A DNA stretch of 64,000 nt from Candidatus Megaera polyxenophila (GTDB lineage Bacteria; Pseudomonadota; Alphaproteobacteria; Rickettsiales; Rickettsiaceae). The translations under genes were made by a program, and so were the position numbers. Within the stretch, counting starts at the first letter, position 1. Every line of letters starts with the position of its first letter. This document shows, in pieces, positions 32,588 to 44,498 of the stretch. Where the stretch lies: contig NZ_CP104167.1 of assembly GCF_029982035.1 (NCBI RefSeq), positions 65,974 to 129,973 of the forward strand, read 5' to 3'. The notes beneath the pieces were generated by a model. That model saw only the letters and a list, made by a program, of their open reading frames with translations. It had not been told where the DNA came from and searched no databases.

Positions 32588-33022
32588 ATGAATTTAAGTT
32601 TTAAGATGCAAATACTTTTATCAAGATATTTGCCATTTCCCCCCTTTTGGATTTCCCTTCTAACAGGATTATTATTCTTTAACAATATTTTAAAATACCA
32701 TATATTAAACGATTTTAACGCTGGCTTACTTCATGTTTTAATTTTGATGAATATCTTTGCCTTTTTCCTTTTAAAATACAAAAGATATGAACTAAAAATT
32801 AGTCAAAAAGAATGGCAAGAAATTTGTACTTTTCTTAAAAGAAAATTCTCTCAATATGATTTTAATGATGATTTTTACTGCACCGAAGTTTTTGACAGGA
32901 ACAATGACTTTAAATACACTGAACTTTTTTTAAAACTTGGTAGTGATTATCGAGTAGTAGTTGAAGAGTTTAAAATTAGTGAATTTAAATCCTCTCCTGA
33001 GATTTTAAAAATTTTCAAATAA
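32588..33022 (+). CDS. Membrane protein (144 aa), paralog of 12758..13192
   Basis: Two TM segments. Confidence 0.5.
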   Translation: MNLSFKMQILLSRYLPFPPFWISLLTGLLFFNNILKYHILNDFNAGLLHVLILMNIFAFFLLKYKRYELKISQKEWQEICTFLKRKFSQYDFNDDFYCTEVFDRNNDFKYTELFLKLGSDYRVVVEEFKISEFKSSPEILKIFK

Positions 33023-33026
33023 CCAT

Positions 33027-33257
33027 ATGCAGCATATAGAAAATTATTTTAATAACGTGGACCAAATAATTGGTAAAAAAATCTATTCCTTGCGATTAGA
33101 TAATAATATGTCTCAGAGTGAACTAGGCAAAAAGATTGGTGTTTCCGCTCAACAACTGCAAAAATACGAAAATGCTAAAAATAGAATTAGCGCAGCACGA
33201 TTATCCTTAATAGCAAAAGTTTTAGATAAGGATATCTCGTATTTTTACCAAACTTAA
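33027..33257 (+). CDS. XRE-family HTH regulator
   Basis: YSLRL...QLQKYEN...YFYQ signature shared with 49414..49791. Confidence 0.6.
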   Translation: MQHIENYFNNVDQIIGKKIYSLRLDNNMSQSELGKKIGVSAQQLQKYENAKNRISAARLSLIAKVLDKDISYFYQT

Positions 33258-33454
33258 ACCAGAAAGTTAAAAATTGAAGTTGACGCCAGATTTTTCAACT
33301 GCCTAAAATATAAGCAACACTTCTTGAACTTATAGAGTCTCTCCGTCAAAACTCTCTACCCCTGAATTAGAAGGGGTTTCATGTTATAAATGGCTTACGA
33401 AATCCATAAGAAAATGTTATAATTAGCGCATAAAGCTTATGGATTTTAAAGTAT

Positions 33455-34768
33455 ATGCCTATAGAAAATATTAGTTTTTCTCAAAAACAAGAAAGATTAT
33501 TTGGTGAAAAATTATCTATACAACTAAATCGCAAAAACAAATTATATAAACTGAGAGATTTGGTAAATTGGTCTGAACTTGAAGCGCTGGCATTAGCTAA
33601 GGTTGAAATCAAGCAATTCGGTAGAAATAAGAAGGATCATAGAGTAATGCTAGGACTATCAATGCTGCAAGCTATGTATAACGGTTCTGATTCGTTTACG
33701 GAGGAAGAATTAAAGGAAAATATATATTGGCAATATTTTTGCGGCTATGAGTATATGCAACAAGATATTGACGTATCGGAGGCGACTATACGTAGATTCC
33801 GCAATGCTCTGGGAGAGGAAGGATATAAAGAGATTCTAAAAGAGCTTTTGCGTATAGGACTGAAGGTCGGAGCACTCAAAAAAAAAGACTTGGAATCGGC
33901 GATTATAGATACGACTGTACAGATTAAGAATATCAAACATCCACATGACGTACATTTAATGGAGACCGCAAGAGCAAAAGTAGTAGATCTCTGTAAACGA
34001 CTTGGTATTTCGCTTAACGAGACATACGCCAAGAGTTTTAAATATAAGACGATCAAGCTTTGGAAGTACAAGGAAGATAGTAAAGCAAGGCAACGTAGAA
34101 AAATAATGATAAGCTTAAAAGTCCGCTTAGGTAGGTTGATCCGTATATGCTGGAGAGGTATAGAAAAATCAAAATTAGAACTATCTGCTGAGGATAGCGC
34201 CATTTTTACGAGAGTTAAAAATATTCATGCCCAGTCTGTGCTTAAGAAAAAGGACAAGGATATTTATAAAAAAGAGCATAAGATAGTCTATAGCTTTCAT
34301 GCTCCGGAGGTAGAGTGTATCGGCAAGGGTAAAATGAATAAACCTTACGAATTTGGTAACAAAGTCGGGATTGCAGTAAGCGGCCGAGGCAACTTTATTC
34401 TTGGGGTTAAATCTTTTCACGGTAACCCCTACGACGGACATACTTTAGATCAAACGGTATCGGAGCTGCGCAAGCTAAGTCCGGAGACTAGCAAAATTTT
34501 TGTAGATCTTGGTTACACCGGCCATAACTTCAAAGAAAAAGGCAAGGTTTTTACCGCCAAGACCAAGAAAGCTTTATCAACCGATGACAAAAAGATGCAA
34601 AAGCGGAGAAGTGCAATTGAACCGATAATAGGTCATCTAAAGAATTTTGGTCGTATGGGTAGAAACTACCTTAAGGGAATAATTGGAGATATCGTTAATC
34701 CGCTTATCTCTGCCGTTGGCTTGAATTTGCGTAGAATCACTAATATTCTCAAAGAATCCACCGCATAA
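33455..34768 (+). CDS. IS5-family DDE transposase (437 aa)
   Basis: DDE_Tnp_1-like motifs (IIDTT..., ...DLGYTG..., ...EP.IG.LK). Element ends not resolved. Confidence 0.65.
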   Translation: MPIENISFSQKQERLFGEKLSIQLNRKNKLYKLRDLVNWSELEALALAKVEIKQFGRNKKDHRVMLGLSMLQAMYNGSDSFTEEELKENIYWQYFCGYEYMQQDIDVSEATIRRFRNALGEEGYKEILKELLRIGLKVGALKKKDLESAIIDTTVQIKNIKHPHDVHLMETARAKVVDLCKRLGISLNETYAKSFKYKTIKLWKYKEDSKARQRRKIMISLKVRLGRLIRICWRGIEKSKLELSAEDSAIFTRVKNIHAQSVLKKKDKDIYKKEHKIVYSFHAPEVECIGKGKMNKPYEFGNKVGIAVSGRGNFILGVKSFHGNPYDGHTLDQTVSELRKLSPETSKIFVDLGYTGHNFKEKGKVFTAKTKKALSTDDKKMQKRRSAIEPIIGHLKNFGRMGRNYLKGIIGDIVNPLISAVGLNLRRITNILKESTA

Positions 34769-35126
34769 TAATTTTCCGAAAATCTTAATAATTTAAGCAA
34801 TTAGCATTGCTCAAGAGAGAATCATGAGTAAATTGTGAATTTTTGCCATCATAGCACCTAAATTTTATATTTTTGGTAAAAAAATACCCCAAAAAAATAA
34901 AAATGCGATGATTGACTTTTAAAATTATTAAAACTACATCAAAAATTTAGAATTTTGACGGAAAGACTATAGAGATTCCGTTAACGAAGGTTTTCTACAT
35001 TTTTATCAACAAAATTGTTGATAACTTATTTGTTAAAACTAATTCCTATTTTTTAGCTTTAGTATTTCCTATAAACTTAGGCTTGTTACGGAAGAGATAG
35101 CTGGAGTTATTGAAATTTAATACCGG

Positions 35127-35453
35127 TTAGGTTTTTATTAAAACTTTTCGCATATTTGAAATATTTATAGTTTTTCCTTTAGCCAACCACCACGCTTTGC
35201 TAGCTTCAAATAAAAACGTATCAAAGTCTGATTGGTCAAGTTGATTTTTAGGCCCAAGTAGTCTAGATATTAGTTTACTTTCCATTTTTATAAATTTATT
35301 ACCATCACTTAAGAACAAAACACTTTTTTTAATTATCTTTCCAAACATAGCTCCATCTTTGTATAAAACTATATGCCCTTTATTTTTTATCACATTAACA
35401 TTAGACATTGGCGATAATATCTCAAGTATTACATTAACAAATTCTTCCTGCAT
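35127..35453 (-). CDS. Hypothetical protein, paralog of 11156..11485
   Basis: 108 aa. Confidence 0.35.
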   Translation of the reverse strand: MQEEFVNVILEILSPMSNVNVIKNKGHIVLYKDGAMFGKIIKKSVLFLSDGNKFIKMESKLISRLLGPKNQLDQSDFDTFLFEASKAWWLAKGKTINISNMRKVLIKT

Positions 35454-35920
35454 TACAAATTAATTAGTTTATTTTTATTAAGGAGGTTTAAATTTAGTAT
35501 TTTAAGAAAGAGTTGTAAAGTTAATATTATTCTTATTTAATTATTAATTTTTTGCATATATATTTTAGCTACTCCTCTAGGTTAAATCACTTAGAGGAGA
35601 CTAATTGTAAGGAATTTTATCAAAGTAATTTATATATACTTGTTTTTGGTAAGGCCACATCAAAAACACAAGTGTATGGATTTATTTTAAACTCTTTTTG
35701 ATTATATTCTCAACTGCTTATGACAATATATAGTTTCACTAACCAAACAGGACTGTTTTACCATGAACAATAAGGATTTTACAATACCCAAAAATATGCT
35801 TTTGAACTGGCTCTATTCAACTGAAAGAAATGTCTCACTGGATGAACTGGGAAAATGGCTTGAAAATAACACAAGCGGACAGTATAAACTTGTTAAAAAT
35901 AATATAAAGACGGAAGCCGC

Positions 35921-36517
35921 ATGAGTGAAGAATCTACATTAAGTCTTGGCGACAAGTTATCTCCTGAGGTACAAAACAAATTGCGACAATTAGCAGGGAC
36001 ACCCGGTACAACAAAAAGTGAATTACCTAAGGTCGATAATACTAACGTAAAAGCCGGTAATAATAATACCAACAAACCACATAAGCCAAAACTGAATCAA
36101 AACGAATCAGAAAAAAAACTCAAAGCAATTGAATTGCATAAACAACAGAAAGAGCAGGCTATTACTTTTTACAAACAGCATTTCTCTTATTTTAGTAAAC
36201 TATATCCAAATTGTTTTAATGAAACACCCAAACCTCTTGCTATCGGTATTGATAAAGCAATAGTAGCGGAAGAAGCTACAAAACCGGAAGAAGAACGTAT
36301 AAACCAAAAAGTAGTAAGACGTTTTCTTGCTAAGTATACTCGTAGCGTAGCATATAAAGAAGCCATGCAATCCGCAGGTAGTACTAGAATTAATTTACAA
36401 GGCGAAGAAGTTGAAAAAGTCACTCCCGAACACGCTGAAATAGCTAGAAAATCTCTTAAAGAGTGGCAGGCTAAAAAAGCTGCAAGAGAAAATAATAAGC
36501 AGAAAACTTGGAAATAA
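35921..36517 (+). CDS. ProQ/FinO-family RNA-binding protein
   Basis: PLAIGIDKAIVAEE...VVRRFLAKYTRSVAYKEAMQSAGSTRINLQGEEVEKVTPEHAE matches the FinO/ProQ core. An unlisted 53-aa ORF at 35763..35924 overlaps the start by ATGA. Confidence 0.6.
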   Translation: MSEESTLSLGDKLSPEVQNKLRQLAGTPGTTKSELPKVDNTNVKAGNNNTNKPHKPKLNQNESEKKLKAIELHKQQKEQAITFYKQHFSYFSKLYPNCFNETPKPLAIGIDKAIVAEEATKPEEERINQKVVRRFLAKYTRSVAYKEAMQSAGSTRINLQGEEVEKVTPEHAEIARKSLKEWQAKKAARENNKQKTWK

Positions 36518-36682
36518 GGGAAAAAGCTATCAATTCAGCTAAATACTAACGGTAAATATAAGCTAGTGGACACTGATGATCAGACTTAAAGTGTCTAAAT
36601 CAGATTTGCAGAAAATTATCTCCTATTAGTGATTAACAACTTATGAAAAATAATTATTATAAAACCCCTTAAACATCAACAA

Positions 36683-38491
36683 GATAAGCCACCTATCGGT
36701 GGCAGCTTAAAAGAAGATACTCTTGACCGATAAATATTTATGGAGGATTATAATACTGGTATTTGATTTGTTTTAACTTGAGTTATAAAGACTGAATGTT
36801 AGACATACATAAGATAATATATAATTGAGTTATGAGTAACTTGCACTCTGAGCAGCATTTGGTCAATGAATTAGCGGTAAAAACTCTTAAGGCCATTTCT
36901 AAAGAGCAAGCAATTCCTTACAGCAGGATCAAAAAGATTTTTTCCGAAGGAGATAAGGAAATAGCCAAGGCTTTCTGGATAATGTTGCGAAAATATCTCC
37001 CAATCATAAGTATAATTCTGTTTACTATTGCCCTGATTGTAAAGAATTTGATTTAGAACGCAAAGGAAGAAAGATTCCTTGGTAAGAAAACATTAACTAT
37101 AAGTAATTTATGGAAATAGTCGGTAAAGGAATATCTATAAAACATATTTTTCTAGACCGTGGTAATTGGTCTCGATTTCGCTAAAAAATACGGCAAGCTA
37201 AGATACGGCATTATTTTCAACGTCACTAAAGTTATATCGTGTGGAACGAAATATTTAGGATTTAAACGTTATAGCTGCCGTGATTGTAACCGCAATAAAT
37301 CGGTAGCATTCAGCTGTAAAGGTAGGTTTTGTTCTCGTTGTGGTAAGAAACAAACGGATCAATGGGTGAGTAAGGCTAGCAATGTTCTACCAAAAACACG
37401 ATGGCAGCACATTACATTTACAATGCCGGACTCTTTATGGCCGATATTTTGGCTCAATCGTGATCTGTTTGGATTGATTTCCGGTATTGCAGCAGGAATT
37501 ATTAAGGAGATAGCTACAAAGAAAAATCTTGTGGTTGGTATATTTACTGCCTTACACACTTTCGGTAGAGATTTAAAACGCAATGTTCATATCCATTTAT
37601 CGGTTACTTGCGGCGGTATAAATAGCAAAGGCAAGTGGCAAAAATTATTTTTTCCTGCCGAACCTATTAAAAAAATGTGGAGACATAGAGTCCTTGAGTT
37701 ATTTCGCTTTCAATATATCTCAAGTAATTTGAAGTTGCCGTCCGCATATCAAAATGCTGAGAATTTTAATAACTGGATGAGTAGTTTATACGAAATCAGT
37801 TGGTATGTTTATTTACAAAAACCATCGGATGATCATAAACGCAACATAGAATATTTAGGGCGGTATATAAAACGCCCCCTATTTCCGAGACAAGAATAGA
37901 AAATTACGACGGAAAGCAGGTAACGTTTAAATTTCTTGATCACTATAATAATACAATTGATCGCATAACTATGCCCGTGATGCAGTTCATAGCTAGTCTG
38001 ATTATGCATATACCAGATCGTTATTTTCGAATGATTAGGTATTACGGTTTTTTATCTAATAGAACTAGGGGCGTACAATTACCTATCGTATATAAGGCAA
38101 TTAATCAAATCGTTCATAAGAAAACTAAGCTCATTAGTTGGAGATTAATGATTTGGTTGAATTTTAAAATAGATCCTCTGTTTTGCTATAATTGCAATAA
38201 ATGTATGAATCTGCGGCAAGTTTATTACGGTTTATCTCCGCCATTGTTATTAATAAGAATCAATGAATTATTATCAACGCCTAGATAACATCATTATGGC
38301 GAACACTTCTTTCACGTCTTAGCCACATAATTTGTAAAACTGAACCTATTTTTAGATAGATTCTGGCAGAGATTTTTATAAAAGTGTTGATAATTTCTAA
38401 TATTGTGGCTTGTAACTACATTTTATTAAACGAATTTTCAAAGTTTTGATTAACAATTTTTCTGGTTACAAATTTTGAAATTCCTATACTA
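36683..38491 (+). mobile_element. IS91-family element, copy 3 (small ORF frameshifted)
   Basis: CAAG at 36679..36682. One-base deletion in an A run of the small ORF (36832..37056). Transposase frames at 37159..37899 and 37971..38288. Confidence 0.85.
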
Positions 38492-38587
38492 CAAGATAAG
38501 CCACCTATCGGTGGCAGCTTAAAAGAAGATACCCTTGACCGATAAATATTTATGGAGGATTATAATACTGGTATTTGATTTGTTTTA

Positions 38588-39716
38588 TTAACCCACCAAT
38601 TAAATACCCGACTTAGGCGGCATATTTTACTTCTTTCGCCTGAAATAATCTTTTGATATGTTCTGGGTTATTTTGCAGAGTCCTTAGGTAAGATTTTAAA
38701 TTCCCTTGGAGTTCAGATTTTGTAAGAGGTATATGTTTCCTATTTACATTTCTTTTTAAATCGTTGTTTAAATATTCATCCGGATTATGTTGCGGAGTAT
38801 ACGGAGGCAGAAAAAATAAAGAAATTTTCTTTTTATGTTTCCGAGTCCATATTTGTACTTTTTTGCTATGATGAACCTTGAGATTATCTAGGATTAAGAA
38901 GATTTTTTTCTTGGAGTATTTTACCAACCTCCGTAAAAATTCTATAAATACATTTGTTTTTAGTGTCTCTTCGTACAGCATAAACCTTAGCTTACCGTTA
39001 TTTGTAACAGTGGATATCATGTTTATACTAAATCTCTTCGATTTATGAATCACAACAGGGGTTTTTCCTTTTAAAGAATAGCTTTGTAATACCTGACACT
39101 CTTGTTTTATCCCTACTTCGTCGCACCAATGTATTTCTGCCTTTTCATATTCTGCTTGCTTGGCTATTGACGGATATTCTTCATCTAACCAAAATTGAAC
39201 CCTTTTGGGTTGCTGCTCATATGCTAACTTCTTTGGCTTTTGTGCAGTATACCCCCATCTTCTTAAATATTCGCCTATTGTACTTAGGGGAAGAAAAAAT
39301 CCACAATGTTTTTTGATGAGTGCATTAACTGATTTTCTTGACCATAATGCTGATTTGATATTGTGATCTTCTGGTCTAGAGATATTTACGTACCCTTGTA
39401 TTATTTTACTTTGATCTTCGGTTATAAGCCTTTTCTCTCCTATCTTTCTACCTCTTAACTTCCCACTAATTGCGTACTTGTCGCCTCTCTTTTCCCTCCT
39501 TACCCATTCATTTACTGTCTGGCGACTCACTCCTATTAATTCACCTACCGACGATTGACTCTCTCCTCTTTTTACTAGTTTTAGAGCAATCTTTCTCATC
39601 GACGCTTGTGCGCTTATTGATAATTTCCTAAAATCTTCACTTTTTGACATTATTGCATTATACAAATTCCTTCCTTCTTGGCAATAGTTATGTCGGGTAT
39701 TTAATTGGTGGGTTAA
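38588..39716 (-). mobile_element. IS630-family element, copy E
   Basis: Inverted repeats and TA duplication (38586..38587 and 39717..39718). The uninterrupted target TTTTAACTTGAG is seen in other IS91-like copies. Confidence 0.9.
38613..39650 (-). CDS. IS630-family transposase
   Basis: Identical to copy A. Confidence 0.8.
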   Translation of the reverse strand: MSKSEDFRKLSISAQASMRKIALKLVKRGESQSSVGELIGVSRQTVNEWVRREKRGDKYAISGKLRGRKIGEKRLITEDQSKIIQGYVNISRPEDHNIKSALWSRKSVNALIKKHCGFFLPLSTIGEYLRRWGYTAQKPKKLAYEQQPKRVQFWLDEEYPSIAKQAEYEKAEIHWCDEVGIKQECQVLQSYSLKGKTPVVIHKSKRFSINMISTVTNNGKLRFMLYEETLKTNVFIEFLRRLVKYSKKKIFLILDNLKVHHSKKVQIWTRKHKKKISLFFLPPYTPQHNPDEYLNNDLKRNVNRKHIPLTKSELQGNLKSYLRTLQNNPEHIKRLFQAKEVKYAA

Positions 39717-41430
39717 TAACTTGAGTTATAAAGACTGAATGTTAGACATACATAAGATAATATATAATTGAGTTATGAGTAACTTGCACTCTGAGCAGCA
39801 TTTGGTCAATGAATTAGCGGTAAAAACTCTTAAGGCCATTTCTAAAGAGCAAGCAATTCCTTACAGCAGGATCAAAAAGATTTTTTCCGAAGGAGATAAG
39901 GAAATAGCCAAGGCTTTCTGGATAATGTTGCGAAAAATATCTCCCAATCATAAGTATAATTCTGTTTACTATTGCCCTGATTGTAAAGAATTTGATTTAG
40001 AACGCAAAGGAAGTCCTTGGTAAGAAAACATTAACTATAAGTAATTTATGGAAATAGTCGGTAAAGGAATATCTATAAAACATATTTTTCTAGACCGTGG
40101 TAATTGGTCTCGATTTCGCTAAAAAATACGGCAAGCTAAGATACGGCATTATTTTCAACGTCACTAAAGTTATATCGTGTGGAACGAAATATTTAGGATT
40201 TAAACGTTATAGCTGCCGTGATTGTAACCGCAATAAATCGGTAGCATTCAGCTGTAAAGGTAGGTTTTGTTCTCGTTGTGGTAAGAAACAAACGGATCAA
40301 TGGGTGAGTAAGGCTAGCAATGTTCTACCAAAAACACGATGGCAGCACATTACATTTACAATGCCGGACTCTTTATGGCCGATATTTTGGCTCAATCGTG
40401 ATCTGTTTGGATTGATTTCCGGTATTGCAGCAGGAATTATTAAGGAGATAGCTACAAAGAAAAATCTTGTGGTTGGTATATTTACTGCCTTACACACTTT
40501 CGGTAGAGATTTAAAACGCAATGTTCATATCCATTTATCGGTTACTTGCGGCGGTATAAATAGCAAAGGCAAGTGGCAAAAATTATTTTTTCCTGCCGAA
40601 CCTATTAAAAAAATGTGGAGACATAGAGTCCTTGAGTTATTTCGCTTTCAATATATCTCAAGTAATTTGAAGTTGCCGTCCGCATATCAAAATGCTGAGA
40701 ATTTTAATAACTGGATGAGTAGTTTATACGAAATCAGTTGGTATGTTTATTTACAAAAACCATCGGATGATCATAAACGCAACATAGAATATTTAGGGCG
40801 GTATATAAAACGCCCCCTATTTCCGAGACAAGAATAGAAAATTACGACGGAAAGCAGGTAACGTTTAAATTTCTTGATCACTATAATAATACAATTGATC
40901 GCATAACTATGCCCGTGATGCAGTTCATAGCTAGTCTGATTATGCATATACCAGATCGTTATTTTCGAATGATTAGGTATTACGGTTTTTTATCTAATAG
41001 AACTAGGGGCGTACAATTACCTATCGTATATAAGGCAATTAATCAAATCGTTCATAAGAAAACTAAGCTCATTAGTTGGAGATTAATGATTTGGTTGAAT
41101 TTTAAAATAGATCCTCTGTTTTGCTATAATTGCAATAAATGTATGAATCTGCGGCAAGTTTATTACGGTTTATCTCCGCCATTGTTATTAATAAGAACCA
41201 ATGAATTATTATCAACGCCTAGATAACATCATTATGGCGAACACTTCTTTCACGTCTTGGCCACATAATTTGTAAAACTGAACCTATTTTTAGATAGATT
41301 CTGGCAGAGATTTTTGTAAAAGTGTTGATAATTTCTAATATTGTGGCTGGTAACTACATATTTATTAAACGAATTTTTAAAAAGCTGATTGATGATTTTT
41401 CTGGTTGCAAATTTTGAATTTCCTATACTA

Positions 41431-42168
41431 GAACATAAAGTAATAGACCAGAAGAAAGAACTAACTAAGCTATACGAAATTAAAAATGAGCTTTTACGAA
41501 ACCTGGAACATGAAACACGCACCCCAATTACCGGTATTACTAGTCTCGGACAGGTTTTATGGGCTAACTACGATAAATTTAATGAAGAACAAAGGCGTAA
41601 TGCAACCAAAGATATTGCTGATAGTTCCGAAAGATTAACCAGTTTAGTAAATAATCTTATTGATTTATCAAAACTTAATAATATTAACTACCAGTTAAAT
41701 AAGTCTCAAGTAAACTTATCTGATTTAGTTTATAAAAGGTTAGAACTATGTAAAAAACTGTATATTCAGGATAAAGATCAAGAAGACTTATGGTTTAACT
41801 TACAAATAGATAATGAATTAACCGCTTTATGTGATCAGTACTACATTTCACGTACTATCGATAATATCATAGTAAATGCTATTCAATACTGTAAGCAGGG
41901 AACAATTACAATTGAGCTGAAACCGGAGCAAAACCACACTATTGTTTTTAGTGTAAAAGATGAAGGAATAGGCATTCCAAAAGATGAACTATTTGAAGTT
42001 TTTGAACCATTTACCGTTAGTTCAAATACTAAAACTCCTGCAGGTGGAAGAGGTATAGGGCTTGCCTTATCTAAAAAAGTTATTGAAGCACATAACGGTC
42101 AGATATGGGCTAAACAGAACCAAGACAAAGGGGTTACTGTTGCATTTACTTTGACAATTAATGACTAA
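41431..42168 (+). pseudogene. Sensor histidine kinase, 5'-truncated by IS91-like insertion
   Basis: HisKA H-box HETRTPITGI and HATPase_c N/G boxes. The first 14 aa of the listed ORF derive from the IS end. Confidence 0.6.
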
Positions 42169-42526
42169 TGACTAACGAACATTAGGAATTACCTACTGTT
42201 AAAAAGCGTGCAAGAATGCCCCCACTTGAGGAAATGATTCTATAACAATCTGAACCCACATTTTCTATATCAAAATCAGAACTTAGAATAAAAAATATTA
42301 TAATACATCTGTAATACTTAAGAAATACAGATGTATTACTTAAGTATTACTAAATAAAATATTATATTTCCCTACCTATAGTAATGATATCCTAGGAAAA
42401 GACTAGTGTTCATGTATGTTCTAATGCGAAACTGGCGTTAGTTAAGATATATAAAGCAATGGGAAGAATGACCGGTGAAATAAGTAGGTTTTTCTTGAAA
42501 GAATTAAGATTATATTATATCAGATA

Positions 42527-42781
42527 ATGATAACAAGTATAATAGGTATTAATATGAGAACTATTGTTGACATACCTGATTCACAAGTAAAAATTCTAGA
42601 TCAGGTATCAAAAAAGAAAAATGTATCAAGAGCAAGTCTTATAAGGGAAGCTCTAACAAAATACATAAATAGCTACAGTAATAGTAAAAAAAGTTATGAA
42701 TTAGCATTTGGGGTTTGGAAAAGGAAAAAATTGGACAGTTTGGACTATCAGCAAAAATTAAGGAATGAGTGGGACTCATGA
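42527..42781 (+). CDS. vapB: VapB-type RHH antitoxin
   Basis: MRTIVDIPDSQVKILDQVSKKKNVSRASLIREAL. Confidence 0.65.
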   Translation: MITSIIGINMRTIVDIPDSQVKILDQVSKKKNVSRASLIREALTKYINSYSNSKKSYELAFGVWKRKKLDSLDYQQKLRNEWDS

Positions 42782-43137
42782 AAGCTGTATTTGATACTAA
42801 TATATTGATAGATTATTTAATTGGTAATCTGTTAGCCAAAAAAGAAATCGAGCAGTATCATTCCCCTCAAATCAGTATAATTACAAAAATGGAAATACTA
42901 GTTGGGGTAACCGATAATGAAGAAATAATAAAGGAGTTTTTGAATGGTTTTAATATAATTCCTCTTAATGACAAAATTGCTGAAATTGCAGTTAATATAA
43001 GAAAGGAAAATAAAATAAAAATCCCAGATGCTATAATCTAGGCTACTGCAAAATACACAGATAGCTTATTAATAACTAGAAATACCAAAGATTTTCAAGG
43101 ATTAGGAGCTGATATTAAGATCCCATATAATGTCTAA
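42769..43137 (+). pseudogene. vapC: VapC PIN toxin with in-frame TAG (43039..43041) inside the conserved DAIIAATA motif
   Basis: FDTNILIDYL at the N-terminus. The frame continues ATAKYTDSLLITRNTKDF after the stop. Confidence 0.6.
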
Positions 43138-43252
43138 GAAGGTTGTAAGATCAACCTTTAACTAATGTAAAATATAAAAATTTTATATTTTTTTTGATAA
43201 GCCCTTGAATTATAAACATCAAAAAGTATTACTACAGTAGTATATTTGTACT

Positions 43253-43282
43253 AGTTAAGTAATACGTTCGTATTACTTAACT
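43253..43282. promoter_or_regulatory. 30-bp perfect palindrome upstream of parA (candidate operator/centromere-like site)
   Basis: AGTTAAGTAATACG-TT-CGTATTACTTAACT. Confidence 0.35.
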
Positions 43283-43417
43283 AACTTATTTATTTTGTTT
43301 TTGATTTGTTTTTTATTTAAAATTAAAATAGTCTTTGCGTAAAAAAAAGTATTTAATATAATACATTAGCATTACCAAAGTAATACAAATGTAACACAAA
43401 AAAATCAAACGTAAATT

Positions 43418-44188
43418 ATGAGCTGTAAAATTCTTGCTATAATAAACCAAAAAGGCGGGGTAGGAAAATCTACAATTTCTGTAAACCTTGCTTATGGCCT
43501 TCATTTAAAAAAGAAAAAAGTTCTTCTTATTGACTTAGATCCCCAATGTCACTCAAGTTGTATTTATTGTCCTACAATACCCGCAGATAAAACTATCTCT
43601 GCCGCTTTTACAAATAAAAAACTTAACTTAAGAGACATAATGTTACCAGCAATAGTTCAAGAACAAACTATTGATACACTAAATATTATACCTTCTAATA
43701 TAAAACTAGCAACCGTGATAGAGCAAATCAGCGGAGCTCTTTATAGAGAAAAAATTCTTAAAAATCATATTGACAGAATTATAAATGATTTTGATTATAT
43801 AATTCTTGATTGCCCACCAACCCTAGGGATATTAGCTATTAATGCTATATATTGCGCTACTTCCATTATTGTTCCTACTAGTTTTGGTAAATATTCGCTA
43901 GACGGAATGGCTGACTTACTTGGGGCAATCAAAGAAATAAAAGAAGGTCAAACATATAATTTTTTTGTTTTAAAAAATTTATATGAACAAAGAAATACTC
44001 AAACAAACAGATACATCCATGAACAATTAAAATCGCTCAGTGACAACACATTTACAACGACAATCAGGAAAAATGAAGCAATTAATCAGGCTCAGATAAC
44101 AAGCTTACCTATACAAGTATTCAACCCTTCTTCAAAAGGTGCTCAAGACTTTAACCTCCTTACAGAAGAGGTTATCCATTATGCTTAA
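43418..44188 (+). CDS. parA: ParA/Soj-family partition ATPase
   Basis: Walker A KGGVGKST; 256 aa. Confidence 0.8.
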   Translation: MSCKILAIINQKGGVGKSTISVNLAYGLHLKKKKVLLIDLDPQCHSSCIYCPTIPADKTISAAFTNKKLNLRDIMLPAIVQEQTIDTLNIIPSNIKLATVIEQISGALYREKILKNHIDRIINDFDYIILDCPPTLGILAINAIYCATSIIVPTSFGKYSLDGMADLLGAIKEIKEGQTYNFFVLKNLYEQRNTQTNRYIHEQLKSLSDNTFTTTIRKNEAINQAQITSLPIQVFNPSSKGAQDFNLLTEEVIHYA

Positions 44189-44498
44189 TAAGAAATTAAA
44201 TCCGCTATCAGAATCAAAACTTTCTAAGACACTTACACAAATTACAGAAGGTAGTAATATAGAAAAAACTGGTTTTATCAAATCGCCTAATAAATCTTCT
44301 TTGTTTAAAACTAAATCGTTTAGACTAAGAGAAGCTGATTTTATAAGTTTATCAACTATTACAACAAAAATTAATAATAGTGATGAAAGAATGAGTTATT
44401 CTGATTCTCAGGTTATAAGGGGTATAATAAATTATATCTCAGATAATATGGACAATAACCTTAAAAAACTTTTGCCTTATATAAAAAGTTCCTCATAA
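44181..44498 (+). CDS. Small partition partner candidate (ATG overlapping the parA stop: ATGCTTAA)
   Basis: 105 aa from MLNKKLNP. Assigned by position only. Confidence 0.35.
   Translation: MLNKKLNPLSESKLSKTLTQITEGSNIEKTGFIKSPNKSSLFKTKSFRLREADFISLSTITTKINNSDERMSYSDSQVIRGIINYISDNMDNNLKKLLPYIKSSS

Larger units (their letters stand above)
38496..41430 (+). mobile_element. IS91-family element, copy 4, head-to-tail with copy 3 and carrying an IS630 insertion
   Basis: Starts 4 bp (CAAG, 38492..38495) after the copy 3 end. IS630 copy E at 38588..39716 with TA duplication. 6-bp in-frame deletion in the small ORF. Confidence 0.85.
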
